32,000 nt of DNA from Candidatus Brocadia sp. Lineage in GTDB: Bacteria; Planctomycetota; Brocadiia; Brocadiales; Brocadiaceae. The notes beneath the pieces are model-generated. The model had not been told where the DNA came from. It did no database searches and was given only the letters and a program-made list of their open reading frames with translations. The position numbers and the translations under genes were made by a program. Positions 26,830 through 32,000 of the stretch are shown here, piece by piece. Positions within the stretch are counted from its first letter, which is position 1; every line of letters starts with the position of its first letter. The DNA is taken from contig CP091279.1 of NCBI GenBank assembly GCA_021650915.1, positions 1 through 32,000 of the forward strand, written 5' to 3'.

Positions 26830-26891
26830 CGCCAGCAGTTCAACCTGTTCATGAGCGCATTCAGTACACAGAATCGATCTTCTTCTGTACC

Positions 26892-27215
26892 TCATCTGCC
26901 CATACCAACCTGCACCACCGATGTCGCTCCTGCTATCAGCCCAATCACTTCCATGTGCACGGCGCCTACAACCTGATACCGTGTGTTTTCCACGCGCCCC
27001 TGTCTTACTGTCTCCTGGGCTCGTTTCCTGAATAATAATTTCTCTATGAACGTCGGTGCCGGTAACAGCCCTGCATGAATAGCTAATCCCTTCCCATTCA
27101 TCTTCGTCCTGATTTTCGGTTGTCTTCTCTCCGCTTTTTGTGCTATATTCTTCATGAAGAAGGTACGTTTTCCATTTATATTCTTATTCATACCGATTGA
27201 ACTGGTTAAAACCAT
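26892..27215 (-). CDS. Hypothetical basic protein (doubtful)
   Basis: 107-aa ORF with no recognisable family. It overlaps the plus-strand His-run ORF and has no clear RBS. Confidence 0.25.
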   Translation of the reverse strand: MVLTSSIGMNKNINGKRTFFMKNIAQKAERRQPKIRTKMNGKGLAIHAGLLPAPTFIEKLLFRKRAQETVRQGRVENTRYQVVGAVHMEVIGLIAGATSVVQVGMGR

Positions 27216-27252
27216 CTGATCTCGTGGACGCTCATTTTACAATAAGAAAACA

Positions 27253-28995
27253 ATGATTTTAAAAAAATTTGTCTTGTGCTATGAGAAAATCAAAAGATTC
27301 GCCAAAGTCGATCTCTGGGACGATAGACGAGAGTCCTCTGCCGCCCTGTGGTTTTTGCGTCGGGTAGTAAAGTTTTGTGCCCTTACCGGAAGCGAATTTA
27401 CTGAAGGCCGTTGCTTGCTAAAGGCATCGGCGCTGACCTTTATTTCATTGATGTCGCTCATACCCCTCCTGGCTTTTATTTTATCCGTTGCAAAAGGACT
27501 TGGTGCGGAAAAAGCGCTGGAGCAAAAAATCGACACCTATATCTTTAATCTCCCCGGGGGGGAGGTGGTTTCTTCTTTTATCAATTTCAAGCGCGGGTTT
27601 TTTTACCAGATTGACAGTCTTGATTTTTCAAAACCTACTGCCCGGGAAGAGATTCTTGGCGCTCTTGAGACCTTCGACGGGTTCATTTTTCCTACCGGGG
27701 AAAAGATACTTTCTGCGATGCCAGACACCCCAGGAGATACCACGGACAACACGCAGGATATATCGTATGAGCGCCTGTCAGAAGAAGAGACAAAAACAGC
27801 TTTACACAAATACAAAAGGGAACTTGCTCATATTATTGTATCCGTGGACTTGACCGGTAAGGATGCGAAAAGTGAACTAAAAGAACGCATTGAAGACTCT
27901 GTGCTGTCCATACCTTCAAACATCAGCTTAAATGCCTTCCTGTACAAAAAACAGATTATGCACTTTGTCGACCGGACAAGCTTTGGATACCTTGGCGCAA
28001 TCGGGTTAATATTTCTTCTCTTTTCTGTTATTAATATGATTGGCAATATTGAGACCTCCTTTAATGATGTTTGGAAGATTAAAAAATCCCGTTCGGTCTT
28101 GAGAAGGTTTACTGACTATACCAGCATGATGTTTATCCTTCCCATCCTTCTTCTGGCGTCGACAACAATTACGGCGGTTTTAACGAATGAAAAGCTCGTC
28201 GCGCTCTTAGATAAAATAGGGATTGGCAACATTTATTTGAGCACGTTGGGATCATTTTTGCCGATTCTTGTGCTGTGGATAGCATTTATTTCTGTTTATA
28301 TTTTTCTGCCAAACACCAGGGTCAGGGCCATTCCAGGGATAGCCGGTGGTGTGATAAGTGGAACGCTCTTTTATGTACTCCAGGTATTTTATTTTAAAAG
28401 CCAGATTGGACTTGCACGGAACAACCTGATTTATGGCGCATTTGCGGCTATTCCCTTTTTCCTGTTGTGGTTACAAATGAGCTGGAATGTTGTTCTTTTG
28501 GGAGCGGTGATCTCATATGTTATCCAAAACATCAGGTTTATTAAGCTGAAAAGTCAACCCATGGGGATAAACTATGCATCAAGGGAACTTTTGGGACTAT
28601 TTATCATGGAGCGGATATCCACACGGTTCTTGGAAGGAAGAGGCGAGCGATGGTCAAGGGAGGGTTTATCAAAGGCGCTGAACATTCCCGCTGAAACGGT
28701 TCAGGAGATTGTAGCCGAACTTTCAAAGGCATCTCTGATTGCTGAAATCCCCGCAGAAAAATATCTGTACTACCTGCCCGCCCGTGATTTGGATGCAATC
28801 CACGTAACGGAAGTAGTATTTGCCATGAGAAATATTGGTGAAAAGTACACCCCTGTTGCTCTGTCACTGCAGGATCAAAAAATGGTAAAACTCCTTGACG
28901 ATCTCCAGGATGCTATCCGGGATCATATGAGATTTACCATAAAAGATATTATTCAGGATACAAGGGCACAGAGTAAGGTCGCTTGCAACAGGTAA
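27253..28995 (+). CDS. YihY/BrkB (virulence factor BrkB) family membrane protein, long form
   Basis: YihY-type N-terminus (RCLLKASALTFISLMSLIPLLAFILSV) and a multi-transmembrane core (FLLWLQMSWNVVLLGAVISY). A ~140-aa hydrophilic insertion follows TM1, and there is a ~130-aa soluble C-terminal extension. Confidence 0.75.
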   Translation: MILKKFVLCYEKIKRFAKVDLWDDRRESSAALWFLRRVVKFCALTGSEFTEGRCLLKASALTFISLMSLIPLLAFILSVAKGLGAEKALEQKIDTYIFNLPGGEVVSSFINFKRGFFYQIDSLDFSKPTAREEILGALETFDGFIFPTGEKILSAMPDTPGDTTDNTQDISYERLSEEETKTALHKYKRELAHIIVSVDLTGKDAKSELKERIEDSVLSIPSNISLNAFLYKKQIMHFVDRTSFGYLGAIGLIFLLFSVINMIGNIETSFNDVWKIKKSRSVLRRFTDYTSMMFILPILLLASTTITAVLTNEKLVALLDKIGIGNIYLSTLGSFLPILVLWIAFISVYIFLPNTRVRAIPGIAGGVISGTLFYVLQVFYFKSQIGLARNNLIYGAFAAIPFFLLWLQMSWNVVLLGAVISYVIQNIRFIKLKSQPMGINYASRELLGLFIMERISTRFLEGRGERWSREGLSKALNIPAETVQEIVAELSKASLIAEIPAEKYLYYLPARDLDAIHVTEVVFAMRNIGEKYTPVALSLQDQKMVKLLDDLQDAIRDHMRFTIKDIIQDTRAQSKVACNR

Positions 28996-29184
28996 ATCAC
29001 GTGCAGGTTGTATAAAAACCAGTATAAGAGCCTGCTAACCGGCTGTATTCCTCAGAAAAATGAATCATCATTTATTGGCGGTAGTTTTCAGGCAGGGACG
29101 GGCTAATTATGAAAGAACAAACGGTTATTTGGTGATGAACGAAGCAGCTTCCATTTGTTCGCAATGCTACGTCAAATATAAGTA

Positions 29185-31033
29185 GTGTTTGAACGGAAAC
29201 CCCCCAGAGCCCTGTAAAGTAAGGAGAAGCTGGTGAAAAATGTTCATGAAAGTCATTGAATTTTTTCGGGTAAAAGGGTAAAATATGGCGAAAATGAAGG
29301 GATTCTGGGTATAAAGAGTCCAAATATTCGGTTCATTAACCCACTAGCCAAAGGACATTCGATAGAAGATGAGAAAGAGATTTGAGCAGCAATTGAAGCT
29401 TGGCATCATACCCATTTCAGGGGTAAAACTGCCAATAAAGAGTCGAGATGAGCTACCACCGATACTGAGGGCGTTGCAACATATCTATGTTACACCGGAG
29501 TTGAACGAGGAGGTATTCCGGATATTAGAGGCGAAGGTAACGAAGGGGAAGAAAAAGACGGGAAGATATGGGATGGATTTATGGCATATTTTGGTGTTGT
29601 CGGTGGTAAGATTAGGGTTAGATGCCGATTATGACAGGTTGGAGGATTTTGCCAACCATCACAAACTTATCAGGCAGATAATGGGGGTTGAGACGGCATT
29701 TGGAGAGGCGAAGGTTTTTTCGATGCAGAGCATCAAGGACAATATAAGATTGTTGGATGAGGAGACCCTCAGGCAGATAAATGAAGTGGTGATATCATCG
29801 GGGCATCAGTTGGTTAAAAAAAAGGACGAAGGACTGTGTATTAAGGTGGATACGTATGTGTTAGAGACGAATGTACACTTTCCGACCGATATGAATTTAT
29901 TGTGGGATGCGGGACGCAAGAGTCTGGACATGATAGAGGATGCAATAGAGGAAGGCATCCTGGCGGGGAAAGGATGGCGCAAGAGCAAATATTGGAGGAG
30001 AGAGTTAAAAAAGCTGATGAGGATAAGCGCAAAGGCGTCAAGCAGCGGGGGGAAAAACAAGGAAGAGCATGTGAGGAGTTACTTGGAATTATCGAGGGGT
30101 TTGAGTGAAAAGATAGGAGCGAGTCTGTTAGCCATCTACGAAAAGGTGCTAACGACGAACCAGGTAGACAAGCATGCAGGGAAAATAGGGACACTGGAGT
30201 ATTTTCACGGGATGTTGAATAAACAGATAGACCTGGTGGAGAGAAGGGTGATCCGGGATGAGGTAATACCGGCGGCAGAAAAGGTTCATTCGTTGTTTGA
30301 GCCGCATACGGAGTGGCTGTACAAAGGCAAGTCAAACAAAAGGGTAGAGTTGGGACATAATATTCTGGTAGCAAGCGATCAGTGGGGTTTCATCGTGGAC
30401 CATGTGGTAGGAGAAAAACAGGCGGATGTATCGTTGGTAATTCCATTGGCAGATAGGTTGTTGAGCCGTTACGGAGAAGGCACAATAAAGAGTATAAGTT
30501 TTGATAAAGGTTTTTACAAGAAAGAGAATAAAGAGTTGCTGAGTTTGTATATACCAGAGGTAATCCTTCCCAAGAAGGGCAAGAAGAATAAGGCGGAACA
30601 GGAAGAGGAATCGGGTAAGACATTTAAGAAGCTAAGGCACAAGCACTCGGCGGTAGAATCGGATATCAATCGTTTGGAGCATCACGGCTTGGATAGGTGT
30701 CCGGACAAAGGGCTGCATGCCTTTAAAAGATATTGTGCAATGGGCGTGTTAGCTGCGAATTTGCACAAGCTGGGAAACGTGCTGCAGGAGAAGGCACGGA
30801 AGCAGTGCGAAAAGTTGCGAAAAGCCGCCTAAGCAAGCAAAAAACACGAAGAAAAACAGTCTGCCGGGAGGCAGGTACGCCCAGACAAGGCTAAAATAAA
30901 GGGGAAAACAAGGGAAATATGTAAAAGAACAGTATTTTTGCCAAAAACCCTAATCTCAAATCTTAAAATTATCTATTGGTAAATAGAAAATCGACCTCGC
31001 ACTTTTACAAAAAGTGCGTTTTCGTTCAGACAC
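29185..31033 (+). mobile_element. ISNCY/ISDol1-like IS, intact copy (1849 bp)
   Basis: Termini are GTGTTTGAACGGAAAC ... GTTTTCGTTCAGACAC. A 6-bp target duplication TAAGTA lies at 29179-29184 and 31034-31039. The size and 6-bp duplication fit what I recall for the ISDol1 group. Confidence 0.92.
29369..30832 (+). CDS. ISNCY-family (ISDol1-like) DDE transposase, intact
   Basis: 487 aa. MRKRFEQQLKLGIIPISGVKLPIKSRDELPPILRALQHIY... and VDTYVLETNVHFPTDMNLLWD are typical of proteins annotated as ISNCY family transposase (from memory). Confidence 0.85.
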   Translation: MRKRFEQQLKLGIIPISGVKLPIKSRDELPPILRALQHIYVTPELNEEVFRILEAKVTKGKKKTGRYGMDLWHILVLSVVRLGLDADYDRLEDFANHHKLIRQIMGVETAFGEAKVFSMQSIKDNIRLLDEETLRQINEVVISSGHQLVKKKDEGLCIKVDTYVLETNVHFPTDMNLLWDAGRKSLDMIEDAIEEGILAGKGWRKSKYWRRELKKLMRISAKASSSGGKNKEEHVRSYLELSRGLSEKIGASLLAIYEKVLTTNQVDKHAGKIGTLEYFHGMLNKQIDLVERRVIRDEVIPAAEKVHSLFEPHTEWLYKGKSNKRVELGHNILVASDQWGFIVDHVVGEKQADVSLVIPLADRLLSRYGEGTIKSISFDKGFYKKENKELLSLYIPEVILPKKGKKNKAEQEEESGKTFKKLRHKHSAVESDINRLEHHGLDRCPDKGLHAFKRYCAMGVLAANLHKLGNVLQEKARKQCEKLRKAA

Positions 31034-31050
31034 TAAGTACTAATAGTCAT

Positions 31051-31143
31051 ACGTAAAAAAGAAAAAGAAGAAACTGCCTTTTCAAAATGGTTTTTGTTTA
31101 CCCTTCTCTCTCTTGCCTTGCTATTCCCCCTCTTTTTGACATT
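31051..31143 (+). repeat. Miniature (transposase-less) derivative of the ISAs1-like element
   Basis: 31051-31100 matches 53-103 (ACGTAAAAAAGAAAA.GA..AAACTG.C.TTTTCAAAATGGTT.TTGT). 31101-31143 matches 1997-2040 (CCCTTCT...TTGCCTTGC...CTCTTTTTGA). The two IS ends are therefore joined directly. Confidence 0.7.
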
Positions 31144-31342
31144 GAAAAATAGTATCAGTTTAGTTTCATAAAATCCTGGCAAAACAATTTTTCACAAGCT
31201 TTTGCTGGTTCAATTGTTCTCGATTGAACCAGCCGTGGGAGGATTACTCCTGCCGTCTATTCGATCGGCAAATGCACGTTGAACCATGCCTTTTTCTATC
31301 GTATCACGGACTGAATCGAACAGTTTCAATGCGAACTTATTC

Positions 31343-31369
31343 TTGACAAGATGATCCGCTTTATAATAT
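31343..31369 (+). promoter_or_regulatory. Sigma70-like promoter candidate upstream of the OsmC-like gene
   Basis: TTGACA (31343-31348) is followed by TATAAT (31362-31367, 13-nt spacer) or TAATAT (31364-31369, 15-nt spacer). The hexamers are good but the spacing is suboptimal. Confidence 0.35.
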
Positions 31370-31420
31370 CTTAACATGATACATCTTTATGACATCGGCT
31401 ATAAGGAAAGGCGGAGAGAT

Positions 31421-31978
31421 ATGGCACAGGAAAAGAAAGTCAATGGAGTAGACGTTGAGCAGTTATTTAGTACCATTGAGGGCATTAAAAAAAAACCAGA
31501 AATTGCGAAGTTTAAATTCCGGGCAACGAATAAGTGGGTCGACGGCACACACAATCGTGCAACGATTAAAGATTTTTATGGCGCTGGCAAGGAGGATAAT
31601 TCACGTGAGCCTCTCGTATTTGAGTTAGATGAACCTCCTGTTCTTTTGGGAAAGAATGAGGGGGCCAATCCTGTTGAATATCTTCTCGTTGCCTTATCGG
31701 GTTGTTTGACGACAAGTCTGATTGCTCATGCATCTGCCAAAGGCATCAAAGTAAGGGCGGTTGAATCCAGGCTGGAGGGAGATTTAGATCTTCGCGGTTT
31801 TCTGGGAATATCGGAAGACGTTAAAGTCGGTTTCGAGAAGATCCGCGTATACTTCAAAATCGACGCGGATATATCCGCGCAACAGAAGGAGGATCTCATC
31901 CGTATGGCTCAGAAATACTCACCGGTATATAACTCTATCGCCAATCCTGTTCCTGTCATTGTTCAACATGAAGAGTAA
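31421..31978 (+). CDS. OsmC/Ohr-family peroxiredoxin-like protein
   Basis: GANPVEYLLVALSGCLTTSLIAHASAKGIKV is the OsmC-type Cys-containing core. I chose the ATG at 31421 (MAQEKK...), preceded by GGAGAG. The ORF in the track starts earlier, at 31376. Confidence 0.8.
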   Translation: MAQEKKVNGVDVEQLFSTIEGIKKKPEIAKFKFRATNKWVDGTHNRATIKDFYGAGKEDNSREPLVFELDEPPVLLGKNEGANPVEYLLVALSGCLTTSLIAHASAKGIKVRAVESRLEGDLDLRGFLGISEDVKVGFEKIRVYFKIDADISAQQKEDLIRMAQKYSPVYNSIANPVPVIVQHEE

Positions 31979-32000
31979 GGTCTATTTTATCAAAGTCGAA

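Noticed and set aside
26762-26854. 30-codon ORF with Ile5-Thr10 as a thr/ilv-type attenuation leader peptide
   Set aside because: There is no Shine-Dalgarno sequence and no terminator/antiterminator pair downstream. The next plus-strand gene is a YihY-like membrane protein, not an amino-acid biosynthesis operon.
26782-26976. ORF starting MHHHHHHHHHHHHHHH (His15), a possible metal-binding protein
   Set aside because: It has a TTG start and no RBS. The rest is low-complexity, and it overlaps an antisense ORF. The His run is simply one reading frame of the (CAT)5(CAC)10 microsatellite. It is kept only as a note in the microsatellite finding.

Overview
This is an IS-saturated chromosomal window. 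By my coordinates about 40% of the 32 kb is mobile or repeat DNA.

Conserved genes:
- Housekeeping block on the minus strand (3.0-8.0 kb): lipoprotein, tatA, RluD-like pseudouridine synthase, TPR protein, PHP phosphoesterase, tRNA-Arg(CCT).
- Minus-strand envelope cluster (20.1-26.5 kb): a secreted protein with 14 repeats of 44 aa, an MprF-like lysyl-PG synthase/flippase, a small membrane protein, and a secreted protein with 7 repeats of 40 aa.
- A YihY/BrkB-like membrane protein and an OsmC-like protein.
- An operon of ModB-like permease, ModC-like ATPase and FNT (FocA/NirC-type) channel at 12.7-19.7 kb. It has been broken twice, by two unrelated IS elements. Both insertions keep clean target duplications, and removing each restores the reading frame.

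Mobile DNA comprises four IS types in seven copies:
- An ISAs1-like element whose transposase is fused to a DUF4338 (DruA-like) domain, plus a 93-bp miniature derivative of it.
- Three ISNCY/ISDol1-like copies: one intact, one frameshifted, one truncated.
- Two IS1634-like copies that share the same inactivating lesions.
- One ISKra4-like element.

The most unusual signal is a family of short non-coding elements (about 95-230 bp, five copies) with conserved termini but interchangeable palindromic cores. One is nested inside both IS1634-like copies. Two sit in tandem directly against the start of the permease gene.

Other points:
- The FNT channel has Gln where the family's central His is expected.
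- A perfect (CAT)5(CAC)10 microsatellite lies in a divergent intergenic region.
- All frameshifts fall in homopolymer runs, so sequencing error must be excluded.

The gene and repeat content loosely reminds me of anammox-type Planctomycetota. That is only an impression. Nothing here was checked against a database.
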